Assembly: GCA_951406725.2 (NCBI GenBank)
Contig: OX597814.1
Location: forward strand, 94,178,001 to 94,242,000
Direction of reading: 5' to 3'
Origin: Octopus vulgaris
Lineage: Eukaryota
DNA: 64,000 nucleotides
In this document: positions 40,086-54,477 of the stretch, piece after piece
How the letters are laid out: every line of letters begins with the position of its first letter
Position numbering within the stretch: the stretch's first letter is position 1
Position numbers and translations under genes: made by a program
The notes under the pieces: model-generated
What the model saw: only the letters and a program-made list of their open reading frames with translations
The model's database searches: none
What the model was told of the DNA's origin: nothing

Positions 40086-40957
40086 TCTACATACAGAACA
40101 TATAATGGTTCTGTAGCGCTAGCGTCGTCGTCCTGTATCGTTCGTACTTTTACAGTGCGTTGATGACACTACAACGACAGACTTCCCGATTAAACGCGAG
40201 TTCTTCGATCAGATGAAGCCGCAGCATTATTTCGTCCTGACTTTCTCGTAGTATTTTTTGGCTGAGAAATTGGGGCAGTTTCCGACTGAGTAGCTATTGG
40301 CCCACAAGAACATCATCCGCCTTTCGTCAAGTTACATTCTTATTGCTGCTATCCAGGCACCCCTCCTCACAAGAGTAGAAAGCTACACAATTGTAACAGC
40401 CGGTTTAGTCGTCGGCCACTCGACCACGAATACCAGTTGCAGGTTTCATCAGCCTGCGAGGAAATCTCTGACCGGACACACAAACAGGCCAAGGCTTATT
40501 GGAGATTATCAGTAACACTCAACATAAAAGTCCGCCGGGAGGCATTTCAGGTTGTACTAGTCTTTTCTCAGAATTGCTCATACGCATAGTGGCTTATAAC
40601 GTCATAAACCCGCTATCGAATACGGGTTGATACTCACCGACACACAGAGTGCAATGACGGCTGGGCATCATTCAAAATGTCTTCAAGTTACCTCTGACTC
40701 ATTACTGCAGTAGAATGAAAGAAATGAGCTGTAGAAAGACGTGTTACATGTAGAGTTAGAGCACACTGTCTTCCACCAATGTCTGTATGTAATAATAATA
40801 ATGATGTTAATAATAATAGTAATAAGAAGAAGAAAGAAAGAAAGAAAGACAAAACGAAAGAAAGGAAGAAAGAAAGAACGTGTTTATATATACAGTTAAT
40901 AATGATGCTCTTAATGTTACTATTATTACTACTACCACTACTACTACTGTTACTACA

Positions 40958-40998
<41 letters not shown>

Positions 40999-41399
40999 AC
41001 TGAATTCTTACTGGGATAGTTCTCCATTGTTCATCTTTATCAGCCTCATCTAACGACGAATGAAAGTGGTCTGAAATCTTGTGGTATAATCCCATTGGTG
41101 CAGGATTATCCCAAGAGTACATGCCTCCGGGAGTCCCATTCCTGTGCTATCTTTGCCACTCTCATTTACATATCAGGAAATCATGCCTCAAAGATCATCA
41201 GCTTGTTCCTCTTACCGAGTGAAAGTTCAAGCCATTGATGAAGGCTTGGTCGACGAGAAATGAGCTTGTCTTTAATCCTTAAAATATTTTATAACAGATA
41301 TCTCTGAAGTTATAAAATTTTATGGAAGCTAAAGAGAAATTAAACTAACTTTGCAGAATTTCCTTTCTTCTACTTTATAAAGATGTCAATACGCCCTTG

Positions 41400-41602
41400 T
41401 GAGGGGAGGGGAGGTAGGAGGAGGGGAGGTAGAAGGACGGGAGGTAGAAGGACGGGAGGTGGGGGAGGAGAGGAGTAAGAGGAGGGGTGGTAGGAGTAGG
41501 GGAGGGAAGGAGACGGCGGAAGAAGAAAAGGAAGAAGAGGAAGAAGTAGAGAAAGAAGAAAAGGAAGAAGAAGAAGAAGTAGTAGTAGCAGTAGTAGTAG
41601 TT

Positions 41603-41657
<55 letters not shown>

Positions 41658-41803
41658 AAGAAGAAGACGAAGAAGAAGGAGAAGACGAAGAAGAAGGAGA
41701 AGGAGGAGAAGAAGAAGAAGAAGAAGAAGAAGAAGAAGAAGAAGAAGAAGAAGAAGAAGAAGAAGAAGAAGAAGAAGAAGAAGAAGAAGAAGAAGAAGAA
41801 GAA
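41400..41803 (+). repeat. Compound purine-rich tract (G-rich, GAA, GTA, GAA)
   Basis: Direct reading. Confidence 0.9.
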
Positions 41804-41849
41804 GACCATGACAAGAAGATTGAGAAAGATAATACATACAAAGTTGGAT

Positions 41850-42770
41850 TGAAAAGCAATGTTATTGAAGCGATAACTGCGATTGTTAGATATGGAGTTG
41901 AGATTTTTTAATTGGATAAAAAGTGGCATACAGAAACTTGGCAAAAAACTGTTTACTATGTATGGTCCCCACTATCCGAAAGCTGATATTAACCGGTTGT
42001 ACTTGAAGAGAGACCAAGGTAGAAGAGGCTTAACTGCAGTAGAAGAACGTGTACGGATGGAGACAAAATGTCTACTAGAATATTTACAGAATTGTCTAGA
42101 GAAATTACTAAAGGCAGTATATAAAGAACAGGTGATCAAGTGTGGAATAGGAGGAAAATACAAGAATGATTTTAAAAGAGAGCAAGTTAAGCAGACTGAT
42201 GCGAAACCTACGAATGGTCAGTTCTGGAAAACCACTGAGAGACTTAGCTGATAAGCATGGCAATTTAAAAAAGAAACATAGCTTATTATAGCAGCTCAAG
42301 ATCAAGCATTGCAAGCAAACAACTTGAGAAAATATGTGTATGGGGAGATATGTCAGCAAAATGTGGAGTATGTTGAATTAGGTATGAATCAATCTCTCAC
42401 ATTCGTGCAGAATGTCCCAAGGTGTCTCGGGGAGAATATGAGAAATAGAGGCATGACCAATTTGTGAAAGTTTTGCACTGGAAGCTTTGTCAGAAAGTTC
42501 TTGGTATAATCACTGGGTTTAAAGAGTCCTTAAGTCAGAAATATGCAAGATTTTATGAGATATTCCAATTACAGAGACTAACCCTAAAGATCTGAACAGA
42601 CGGATAGAAGAAATAGGCATAAAACCCAGTTTCGTACAGCTCCAGAAAACAGAGTTATTAGGAACAGCTAGGATACTTAGCAGGGTTCGTAGCATCAAAA
42701 GTTACTTGTAGCCTGATGTTAGGATTTTTTCTTTTCCAGCAGCGTAATCTGTTGTGATTATATGAAAATA
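41850..42770 (+). mobile_element. Decayed R4-like RLE LINE fragment
   Basis: HYPKADINRLYLKRDQGRRGL, IAAQDQAL, RHDQ..LHWKLCQ and LLGTARIL motifs. Confidence 0.75.
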
Positions 42771-42819
42771 ACAACAACAATAACAATGATGATGATGAGG
42801 ATGATGATGATAATCGAAA

Positions 42820-43283
42820 ATGATAATGCAAAGATCCTGTGGGATTTTATGCTTTAATGCGACCATGAGATAGAGAATAGGAAACCAGTCATAGTGTTAA
42901 TTGAGAAAGAAAGCAAACTATGCTGGATCATAGATATAGCATGCCCAGCTGACAACAAGGTACGCGATAAGGAAGAAAGAAAAGTCGATAGATATGACAG
43001 GTTAGCTTCGGACGTTAAGCAGTTGTGGTTGATGAAAAGGGTGGTAGTAGTACCAAAAATTGACGGAAACCCAGGGAACAATGAGTAAAGTTCTTGAGAA
43101 GTACATGGAACAAATAGGGGCTGCAATAAGGGTGGAACACTTGCAGTAAACAGCACTGCTTGGAACCGCTTGAATATTTCGGATGGTGCTCGAAAAATAA
43201 GAGGTGTCACCTTAGTTCACTGGCATTGTACAGCTGGCACCGTAGTACATCTCTAGCGTTAGAAGATGTGCAAAGACAATAAA
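42820..43283 (+). mobile_element. RLE LINE 3' end followed by (GAA)n
   Basis: AKILWDF..DHEIENRKP..IIDIACPAD..KEERKVDRY; ends CAATAAA-(GAA)n at 43284-43400. Confidence 0.75.
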
Positions 43284-44051
43284 GAAGAAGAAGAAGAAGA
43301 AGAAGAAGAAGAAGAAGAAGAAGAAGAAGAAGAAGAAGAAGAAGAAGAAGAAGAAGAAGAAGAAGAAGAAGAAGAGCAAGAACAAGAAGAACAAGAAGAA
43401 GAATGAGTGATTGGTCTAATACTGCTCTTTTGAACATGCAAAGAGAAACATTTTATTTAAAATAAGCACCAAAACCAAAAATGAAAGAGAAAATAATCAT
43501 CTTTAATACTATATAGGCAATAAATCATATATAATGTTTGAAACCAGAGAAAAATCAATATCTGAATAGTTTGGAAATATCAAAAGAAATCCTACTAAAT
43601 ATATTCTTTGCCAAGCAGAGAAATGCATTGACATGTAGAAAATATATGGAATTCAGTTGAATGTTTAGAATATAGTTTGGATAAATAACTAAAATATATG
43701 TATTAATTTTTTACATCAAAAGTTCAATTAATATTCTTAAATATTCTGTATTGATTTATCATATTTTATGGGTATTTGGTTTTAAAACAATCAGCAACTT
43801 ATACTCACATTTCAATATTTTTATGGTTGACTTCGTCGTATATGACAACTTGGCGACTATTGCTATATATAGAATATTACTGTATGTTATACAACGTACT
43901 ATGTATTAAAACGAAAAAGGTCTATGCTGATAACGTTTTGAATATACATGGACATAGATAAATATATACATAAATACTTGTGCGCGTATGTATGTATACG
44001 TATGTCTGTATGTATATATGTATGTCTGTATGTATGTATGTTTGTATATAC

Positions 44052-44082
<31 letters not shown>

Positions 44083-44592
44083 TAGATATATAGATAGATA
44101 GATAGATAGATAGATTGATTGATGGATTGATAGATTACTACACTCATCTGATAGTCGAAAGACCCCGTTTGTTTTGTTTTGCTTTAATTTTGTTGTAATT
44201 GTATAATTATATTCCTATTGTTGTACATCCGAAAGGCGCTTATCCATTGTATATGTATAATTCTATTTCATATATTACGTTTGACCGATAGTCGAAAGAC
44301 CCTTTCTTTTGCTTACTTATTTGTTTTCGTATATGTACATTCGTTTGCTTTGCCCGAGGGCTTAATGCTTTTAGCTTGAGCCTTTAGTCTCGCCGCTTTC
44401 GAGTAGTATCGTAGATAAGTGGGCGCAACTACGTTTGCGAAAGATCCGTATTTCTTGTTTTGTCCTTTTTCCCGCATGTTGTGTTTTGACGGTTTCTGTT
44501 TGCAGTGCTTTTCTGTTCTACCTTTGATTTATTCATGTGGCGCTACGTACAACTTGTGGGTTTACACACAGACACATATATATATGATATAT

Positions 44593-44624
<32 letters not shown>

Positions 44625-44695
44625 TGTATGTATGTATGTATGTATGTATGTATGTATGTATGTATGCATGTATAAAATATTAGGGAATAAATCCA

Positions 44696-44736
<41 letters not shown>

Positions 44737-47114
44737 GTGCATGTGTGTGTGTGTGTGTCTGTATGTGGTTGCGTGTGTGTGAGTAAACCTGGTGTATTTC
44801 TAAAGTACCATATACAACTAATAATTCGAATTTAATAAGTATCGAAAGATTGCATGAAATGCATTTATTAATTCAGTCTATGGAAATGTTACTGGATTAT
44901 CAATAGTTATGTCAAGAGTTGTGTTAATACCAATTATATATTAACTGTTTAATTTAATGAAAAATCAAACGTGTTCTGTAAATGTAACCACAGAGTTCTA
45001 GAAGTTGATGTATGTTAGAATTTGTGTCTGTTTCGAAGATGCCAGCTTTGTCATGGAATTTTGAAAATGAAAAAGAGAATTCATTTTTATCTGCAGTCGA
45101 AGCTTCAAGTGTTTCAGGTGTAAGCTTAATGCTTTGGCACATATTATTCTTGGTCATTTCTGTAAACATTTCATCGAGGTAAAGTTGCTTCATATCAAAG
45201 ATTCATTATCCCCTTTCCGTCATGAAGCCACGCGCTCAGATCCTTTAATTATTTAACTCAACATTTCAAATAATTTGTCAATACTGAAGCTTTCAGCTAT
45301 ATCCATTTCATTTCCAGCCATTATTAATGTAATCACTTTAGCTAAAAGTTACAACCTGATCTATATTTCTAGGTTTAGTACAATGATACTCAATACGTGT
45401 TACTTCGTCAACAATCATCCACTCATCTTGATTCTCTTATTATTCCTGCTTGCTATATCCTTCGCATCAAATGCTTCATCACATTTAATATATTGAAGGA
45501 ACTCTTTAGTTGACTATTTCTTTTTAGATGCATGAAATCTTGTAAAATCATTGTCAACGTTTTCACACGTGAGTTCTAAAACATCAGAGCAAACTACGTC
45601 ATATGATGGCTTTTGATTTTTCCAGGTACACTTCGGCGTCCACATTTCATGTAGAAATCTTTTTTTTTTTTAATATCTTTATAGGCTGATCAATTTTTAC
45701 TAAAGTTATATCTCTCATGACAGTGTAAGATTCATTACTTTCATTGAGCAAAAGAACTGAAAATGGAATTAGAAGATGGAAGCAAATATATTGGAAAACT
45801 ATGTTCTTTTGTTCTAACACAAGAATACAGCGCTTGAGTGAGATGAATAGCTGTCAAGAATAAATATTCGCCAATTTTTCTGTTGGCCAACAGTTGTGCG
45901 GACTATTCTCGTTTCTGGCACGAAATACTTTTCAATTTATTGCATAGCAATTTCGGTTATTGTCGAGCTGTTTGAATTTATAGAATATATTACTAGGAAC
46001 ATTTGAAAGCCTTTCAAATTCCCTGGAGATTTGCCTTTTCTCTAAACTGTTTACATCTGTGTGTTCATGTTTCATTTAAGGTCCCCTGGATGGTAAGTAT
46101 ATCATCAGATTGTTTAACGTTGTATGCAAATAATCTGTACACACATAATCATGAAAATGTGTGTGTGTGTGTGTGTGTGTATTTCTGCGAGATTTACCAT
46201 GGGAACACATCAGATGTGATAACGCCTAAACTTTATAGTAATTGTGAAGACTTTAGATGTTTCATTTGTACGACTTTTATAAACAAAAACTACTGTGTTT
46301 AAGAAAAGATTGCGCCCATTAATGGATGTTTTGCAGATCTCAGTAACATGAAGATAGAGTAACTCTGATGTTGGAGATTAACTCGACTCTCAATAACAAA
46401 CATTTAAGTGAGAAAGATTATGATGGTATCGTCTGAATACATTTGATAACAAGTAACTAGTAACAAAAAAGCAGATTTTTAACGTACAGATGAGAGGGTG
46501 CCGGAATAGTGACTCCATTTTGAGCACAGCTGAGTTGCTATGTGATGTCTAAAAGAGAGTGCCATCGACGAAGAATTTTATAGAGATAACTGCTTTCTTA
46601 GGCAAAACATAAAAGCGGTATGAAGTCAATATACGTATGACTTGGCTAGAATGTTTTCATGCCAGTCAAGGTGAGAGATTGTGATAATGTCAACAGCAAC
46701 GAATTTGCTTTCGTTCACTGTTTAGTTCTCAGAAACTACTGACCATTAACCTGTAACATTTCAATGTAATGTACCAATAGATCTCGCTCTACGAAAATAG
46801 TGCTGCTCGTCTCATATAAAAGAGGAGAAGAGCGTGATAGAGATAGAGATAGAGAGAGAATGATGGAGAAGTAGAGGAGAGTCAGATTCCTCGACAGTGT
46901 TAACAAAATGGCGAAGGCTACATTTACATTAACTTGAGATGTAATGGATAGCAGCGATAGGCTGGAATATTTAATGTATGCTCATATTTTATTGTTTCAG
47001 GACTGGTCGTTGTTTTATCATTTTAAATCAGTCATCATTCCATCTTATCAGTGAAGACAAAGTTTTTATATTTTTGTAACTAAAACTATAAACTGCAAAT
47101 ATATCAGTTTTCAA

Positions 47115-47308
47115 ATTTTGGCTTAAAGCCAGAAATTTCGAGGGAGGAGTAAGTCGATTACATTGACCCTCAGTGACCAACTGGTACTTATTTTATGAAC
47201 CCGAAAGGGTCGACCTCGGCGGAATTTGAACTCAGGACATAGAAACGGCCGAAATGCCGCTAATCATTTTGCCCGTCATGCTAACGATTCTGCCAGCTTG
47301 GTGCCTTC
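47115..47308 (-). mobile_element. tRNA-derived SINE (MetaSINE-like)
   Basis: Same family as 55444-55663. Confidence 0.7.
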
Positions 47309-47404
47309 AAAACTGCAAATATTATTGAACATAAACAAATTCATTGAATTGTAACAAAAACAGTGTTAATTACAAATAAACCTTTATAACATCAAGCTCA
47401 AATA

Positions 47405-47605
47405 ATTCTTGCTACTGGAAGCACAAGGCCTCAAATCTGAGGGAAGGGAGTAAGTCGATTACATCGACCCCAGTGCGTAAGGGTTACTTATTTAATCGAC
47501 CCCGAAAGTATGAAAGGCAAACTCGACCTAGGCAGAATTTGAACTTCGAACGAAATATTGCTAAGCATTTCGCCCGCGTGCTAACGATTCTAACAGCTCG
47601 CCGCC
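47405..47605 (-). mobile_element. tRNA-derived SINE (MetaSINE-like)
   Basis: Same family as 55444-55663. Confidence 0.7.
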
Positions 47606-48762
47606 AATCAAGCCCAAATAATATACTATGTTGACTATTTTACCACATTTCTGATTATTAAGGTAGAAATCAGTAAATATTATTGACATTTTTACAATAT
47701 TTTGAAATGTGAAATATACAAATTCCCAATATTAAAGTGATTTTACAATTGAATGTTAAGCTCTAGTAATCAGCACGTAATTCTCAAAAGTAAATTGCTG
47801 AGACTTCCAATGTTTGTTACTTGCAAATAAATAATTCAAATAACTAAAACTCTACTTAATGTATGTCTGTATTAGAAAATTGATTCCAGTTTAAGTAAAA
47901 ATACCAGATTCATAGCAAATGGAAGATACAGAATAGCGTGATATTTTTCTTTATTTTCTCTCTGGATACTAGTGGTTTCTCCCACCCTCCTCTCTCTCTC
48001 TCATCATGATCTCGTGTATCGATCCCAGTCACATCATTATTTAGTGAGCAAGAGGTAGGTCAATTAAATGTAATAGATATTTTCAAAAGGAGAGTGAAGT
48101 TAATTAGACATTCACTATTAGACCACCTATGTCAGGTTACAGCAGACACAACTCTTACTCGAAGTCACACGAGTTTCCCTAGTTTGTTATTGTGGAAAGT
48201 GAGATGCAACTGGTTAGTACTCTCTGTGATTACTTTTGTTTTCTCATATTAATACTAGACAAACACATTTCTGGGCATTTCTCAAGAAATGTAAACAGAA
48301 TACTGGCTATATGTCCACCTATTGGCGAAGAGTTTTCAGTCGTAGCTTCCATAATATTTCTCAGAAGAAACTAATGTTATTAATACAACTAAATTTTCCT
48401 ACATTTGCTTCAAACAGAAATGTAAAATACGTGTTGATTTAAGTTCTGTTGCAATTGTTTAACTTCAACTGATCAGTAAGTAATTCGCCCTTGTCATTGC
48501 AGTAGACTCATAATGAGTGAGAAGTACATTGCTGCACACCAAATATTTATTATTATAGTTAGAATGCAGAAACAAAAATCAGATCATTCTAATAATGTTA
48601 AACCCCAATGTATCTCGTTCGCTATAAACAATGTAAATTATTTCCTTCAAGGTTCATTTCAGTTAGTATATTCGCGTTCTTATGTATATTAGAATTGTTT
48701 TTTCTAGCGGAATATACTATTGAATTTATATTAATGGCAAGATATATTGCACAAAATTTTAT

Positions 48763-49200
48763 ATACGCGGTCTGATCAATAAGTATCCGGACTGTCGCCA
48801 TAGTAACAAAGCTAAAGCACGCAGAGTAAAGCCGCTTGGTACGGTTTGACCTTGAACTCTGTTGTGCATACGCACCAAGTTTTAATTTTCTTGCTCTTTC
48901 CAGCTGTTTACAGCAGTGCTTGGAAGGGCGGTGTATAACATGTGAACATCCCATTGACCATGGTAGAGAAAGCTGAGCAGAGAATCTGCATCAAATTTTT
49001 TCCCAAAAGCATGGCGATACCGGTCAGAGGCCTACACAAAGTTCTCAAAAAGTTTTCATCGTTCTCGACACAATCAAAATCTTGTACAACTGAATCCCGA
49101 GAGTCTTTTTGGTCAGCTGAAAACACTTTTGGCATTAACTTGGCAGATACCCAAACCTTCAGTAGTAATGAACTGAACTGAACCGTAACTAATCTGCACA
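48763..49200 (+). mobile_element. Internally deleted mariner-like element
   Basis: TA-CGCGGTCTGATCAATAAGTATCCGGACT TIR-like start; EQRICIKF N-terminal motif. Confidence 0.55.
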
Positions 49201-49454
49201 TTCTCTCATAACTAATGGATGGTGATTCGTATTTTCACATTTATTGATGTAACGTGGCTTCGTATTCATTTATTTAAGTTCGTGCTTTTGAAATCATTCC
49301 ATATTCACTAATCAACTTTTATATTATAGTTTAGTGTATTTTTCTATACTTAACTATCAATCTAGAGAGAGAGGGGGGAAATAAATGAATATATATATAT
49401 ATATATATATATACATTAAAATGCATGCAGTCGCACATGTATACAAGTCTCCCC

Positions 49455-49650
49455 CCCTCTACGCCAAACAAAGACAAAGCCCGATAGAACTTGCCATCAG
49501 AAACGTCACAATTTATCTCTACAGCTGAGTGAACTGGAGCAACGTGAAAATAACATGTGTTGCCCAAGAACTTACACACAGCCCGGTCCGGAAATCGAAC
49601 TCACTACTTCTTGACTGTGAGCCCGACACTCTAACCACTTAGTCATGCGA
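49455..49650 (-). mobile_element. tRNA/CORE-like SINE
   Basis: Minus strand TGACTAAGTGG A-box and GAGTTCGATTTCC B-box, followed by TCTTGGGCAACACA. Confidence 0.65.
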
Positions 49651-49731
49651 CTCATACATATATGTATACATGCAGATATACATGTATATAAGTGCATATA
49701 TGTAGATGTATGCACGTATTTATGTGTGTGG

Positions 49732-49770
<39 letters not shown>

Positions 49771-49774
<4 letters not shown>

Positions 49775-50070
49775 ATAGGAAAGAATGGAGCTGAACGAAG
49801 ATTTAACAAAATTCCTTTATTTTATTTCCTTAAGGAAATTGTCTGCAATCGAAACATATGTCGAAAATAAAATAAAGGAATTTTGTTAAATCTTCGTTCA
49901 GCTCCATTCTTTCCTATACTTAATATATAAAACTTCAAATTTCCGCACTAAGGCACGGATTTTATGCCCTATGGTCGTAACTTCAACCGTGCCTTTTCTG
50001 CTGTGAGTTTGCTACCCAGGTATCGGTTATCTTTCGAATAATCCGTAATAAGATAATTCATTTGTCTACT
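49771..50070 (+). repeat. PLE-like 3' end with perfect 57-bp inverted arm in (TA)n
   Basis: 49771-49827 is the reverse complement of 49865-49921; GAAACATATGTC lies at 49851-49862. Confidence 0.65.
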
Positions 50071-50139
50071 TATATATATATATATATATTATATGAATAT
50101 AATTATTTCTTTCTCTCTTTCCCTCTATCTATCTATCTG

Positions 50140-50231
<92 letters not shown>

Positions 50232-51261
50232 TGTATAGAAAATAGACTGAAATAAGTAAAGGTGATTAATGCATATGGAATGAATTCAAAACCGAGAACT
50301 TCAATAAATGAATATGAAGCCACGTTACGCCAGTAAATGTGAAAATATGTATTGTACTTATTTTTATCTTATAGTTATTTTTTGTCATGTGTTCTGGTAA
50401 ATTTAATTTTTTTTTTCGTATATTATGACAAAAAAAAGTAAACGTACGAGAGTAGGCTGAAAGTTCATAGACTGACTATGAATTAGTGATGGTACTTCTA
50501 TGAAATATTGCATGCATTAATTACAACCCTCCTTATTAATAACTCTATTGTTTCTTTCCAGTTAAACTGGGAATATAGAATTATACTTATTACATATACA
50601 CACACAAGAAAATAAAGTTAGAAAATAACTGTATGATGTAACTGCATGGTCTATGAAATTACTCGATAAAATTCCTCATAAAAATAGAAAGTTAATCAGG
50701 GAAGCCATACTCATACCAGAACACAATGCTTAAATCAACACGCAAACAACAAACACGTAACTAGCGAAAACACACGAAAGCACATGAAAACGTGAAAAAT
50801 AACACATGGAAATATTAAAACTTAACGGTTATGAAACTTGGAAATAACAAAACAAATTAACACTTGACTGTTGAGGTGAAATCCTAATGGTCTCAAAAAA
50901 AGAAAATAAACACCGTTGAGGGAAAAAACGGGATAAATTCATGCAGAAGTAATGCAAGCGTAAAATATATTCCAATTTTTGCGTATGAGATTGTAATGGA
51001 CTGGAAACGTTGACGAGGGATGTACAAACTTCACTGTTGCAAACTAACAGCGAAGACTGTTAATAATGCGTGAGAAATCTAAAATATAGAGCTATGCCTC
51101 TAACACAGTCTTGTAATTAATAAAATATATATGATCGCATTTTGTGTGTGAGTGTATGCATGTACGTGTGTGTGCGTGTACGTGCGTACGTATGTATGTA
51201 TGTACTTACGTATTTATGTATGTATGTATGTATACGTGCAGATTTGTATGTTTTGTTCTAT

Positions 51262-52290
51262 GTATTGCGTCATCCCATAAATGATGCAGTTTTTTTTAAC
51301 TTTTATTTTTCCAAATTAAGATAAACAAAGTTCTTTTTTAATATAAAATACACTCTCCTTCATTTTCTACAATGCTCTTCCATCTAAATTCACTCGTCCG
51401 TGATGAAAAATACACTTCCACTACTGTTCTGACCTCGTCTACAGAATTTTTATTTTTCCGTCCAAACGATTTTGAAGACTGTGGAATAAAGGATAATCAG
51501 ATGGGACGATGTCCGGCGAATATAGTGGGTGGGGTATCGTTTCCCATTCAAACTGCTCCAGCCTTTGGAATATCATCCTCGCAGTATGCGGCCGAGCATT
51601 ATCCCGATGGAAGAACACTTTTCGTCTTGAAATCAAAGATGGTCGGTTTCCTTCTAGCGCTGACTTAAGCCGTTCAAGCTGCTCGCAGTAGATCTCCTTT
51701 GTTATCGTTTAGTTTGGGTTGAAAAGTTCAAAGTGAAATAAACTTTTCACATCCCACCAAAGAGATAACAGCACCTTATGTGGGTGAAGACCTTTAGCCT
51801 GGGGTGCCGATGTTTTTCCTTTCTCTATCCACTGTCTTCAGCACTTGGTCTATTCGGTCCAAAAAGGGTTCATTCGTGAGACGCGAGAGCAAGAAGAGCA
51901 CACATTCACTCTCTGCGCGCGACTAGATTCGGAAAGTTTGTGAGGAACCCATTGACCCAATTTGCTGATTTTTCCGATGACACGCAGATGTCGATGTATG
52001 GTTGAATGACCAAATCCAAGTTTCTCTGCTAGTTCCTCAGCAGTTACTATGGGATTTTGTTCAACCAGAGTTTACAGGATGTCCAGGCTGTAGATTCCGG
52101 TTCGGAATTTCTGGCAACACCGTCGGCACGATCCCCTCGCACTTTCCGTCGCTTTGTGGCATTTATTGAACTCATAAAGCAAAATATGTTGAATATGCTC
52201 CTTTGTCACTCTTATCTTAGTTTTGAAAAAATAACTGTTAAAATCGAACTGCACTCTTCAAAACTTGCACTAAGAATAAAGTGATTTTTA
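51262..52290 (-). mobile_element. Decayed mariner (DD34D-type) transposon
   Basis: HIQHILLYEF, FHRDNARPHTA and HPLYSPDIVPSDYPLF motifs. Confidence 0.85.
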
Positions 52291-52539
52291 ATTTCCCATA
52301 AGGGGACAACATAGAAGGAGACAATACAATCTGATTTGGGGTCAGATGAATGAATGGTTATAAACAGAAATAGCTTTATATTAACAACCCCTGAGCAACT
52401 GATTTCTACAACTGTACGCAGTTACCCTTCTCTATCGCAAATCATTATATAAAGCTATTGTGTTTACATTTTATTGGGGTATTCAATGGGACATTCCACC
52501 AGTACGTCATATTATTATGAGTGGCTATGGTTTCTACCA

Positions 52540-52965
52540 TACTGAGTGTTCTTATTTCTTTGTGCTTGGGGTTATCCTTCCGATAGATCTCATTATTCTA
52601 TGTCCTAGAATTATGTCTCATCCGTAGATTACACCTTGATGACATTTTCGGACAGCTGCTTATGAGGTGAATGATATTTTTGGTGTTACCTGCGCAAAAT
52701 CTGCATCAATTATCACATTTAGCTGCTTTTCCTGCGTCCCTGTCCCTTTTGTGCATTAGGTACTTAGTTGATATTTCCTGTTCCTGGAATGCAAACGCAT
52801 AGCCTTCAAAGTTGTAGGTAGTAATCCGGTTATTGATCCAAGATAGACCCATTTGATGATTAATGTTTCTATCATCTCGGAGCTTTCCACTAACATATCC
52901 ATGCATGGTCTTCTGTTGATATGCGCTCATCCTTTCTTCTGCATATATAAGACTTGAGTGCAATT
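52540..52965 (-). mobile_element. RLE LINE fragment, same family as 28334-29176
   Basis: EGYAFAFQEQEISTKYLMHKRDRDAG matches ISTKYLVYKRDRDAG. Confidence 0.7.
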
Positions 52966-53399
52966 AATCAAAATCACCCGAGTTCATGTCTGGTATAACT
53001 TACAGTTTATTGTGCAATGAAAGATACAGGCAAAAACCAACACCAGTTGATTTTGAACTCGGAAGACAAAATGACTAATCTAAGAATACATAGATGACTT
53101 TCATAAGAATATAGTTTAGATAATTTGTATCACATTTCCATCCAATTTCCTATCGGCCTTTGTACCAGCGAAACATTTAGAATATGAAAAGAGTGCTGCA
53201 TCAGAAATATGTTTGCTATTCATTACAGCTGAGAAGATCGGAGCGATATGAAATAAAATGCCTGGTCTAAGGACACAAGGCGCCACTCGATCCAGGATTT
53301 GAACCCTCGTCTTATGAATGTAAGCCAATCACAATAACGATCATGCCTCGCTCTTTCATACCTACTCTATACGTTCTAACATATACGTCGATCATTTGT

Positions 53400-53580
53400 G
53401 GGAAAATTGATTTCAAAGGATGGGGAGCGGGTAAGTCGATTACACCGACTACAGTCTTTTGCTGGTACCTAATATATCGACCCCGAAATTATGAAATGCA
53501 AACTTGAACTCAGAACATGGAGACGGACAAAATACGGTCAAACATTTTGTCAGGTGAGCTAACGATTCTGCTAGCTCTTC
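53400..53580 (-). mobile_element. tRNA-derived SINE (MetaSINE-like), decayed
   Basis: TAAGTCGATTACA..ATCGACCCCGAAA..TGAACTCAGAAC shared with other copies. Confidence 0.6.
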
Positions 53581-53982
53581 GCTTTATAATTTACAGTAAT
53601 ATAGATTTATATCATTATAAGACCACCTATCTTATGAAGAGTATATTCAAGTATTTCGATTCCAGTACTAAAGCGTTGGATGAGTCTAATGGTGATTACG
53701 AAGTAATGGCAGAAAGGAAATCTCACTCTTATCCTTCTGATAAGAAAAGAACGACTGAATATGTTGAGGAAATACAGGCCATGATTGACAAAGACCCTTC
53801 CAAGTCAATGAGATCCATCGCCAGGGACAGGCCAGTTCCTGAGTTTCTTATCAGTCAGATATTGCATGAAGATATTCGGTATGTAAACTGCATCATTTCT
53901 TTTGGAAAAACAGAAATTACTATTCCAACGTACAACAATATTTTTTACAACACAGGGTCTCACATCGAATCTTGCAACACGA

Positions 53983-54030
<48 letters not shown>

Positions 54031-54414
54031 CACCGATACAGAGAGACGCACACATACATATCTATGTATCTATATTGCTATATTTGTTATCTGTCTATCG
54101 AGCAACACTTTGTCTCTCTCATTTCATGCATGCGGGTGTGAGGGTGTGTGTGTGTGTGTGTGTGTATGTGTGTGTGTGTGCGTGTATCTATCTCACTACA
54201 ATTCTCCAGCCATTGTAAATATTTTTATAAGCATTTTTATAAGCATTTCTAAGCTTTGGTTCTAAAGAAAAAAGCAGTTGTTTTACGCTTCATTAATCTT
54301 TTCCTTATACTCTTTTCTCATATTGCTTTTCACTAAATAGGTCATGACTTCAGTATTACTCATCATATATATATGTAATAGGGCATAGTACATTCAAGCA
54401 CACACATACGTACA

Positions 54415-54474
<60 letters not shown>

Positions 54475-54477
<3 letters not shown>

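Noticed and set aside
41370-41944. Poly-E/V/L/S ORFs
   Set aside because: Trinucleotide tracts with no real coding signal.
46905-46915. AAAATGGCG (YY1-like or start-codon context) as a promoter
   Set aside because: Single short motif; the ORF closes quickly and there is no other support.
53517-54218. 233-aa ORF as a host gene
   Set aside because: Chance read-through of a SINE, a maT-like transposase fragment and microsatellites.
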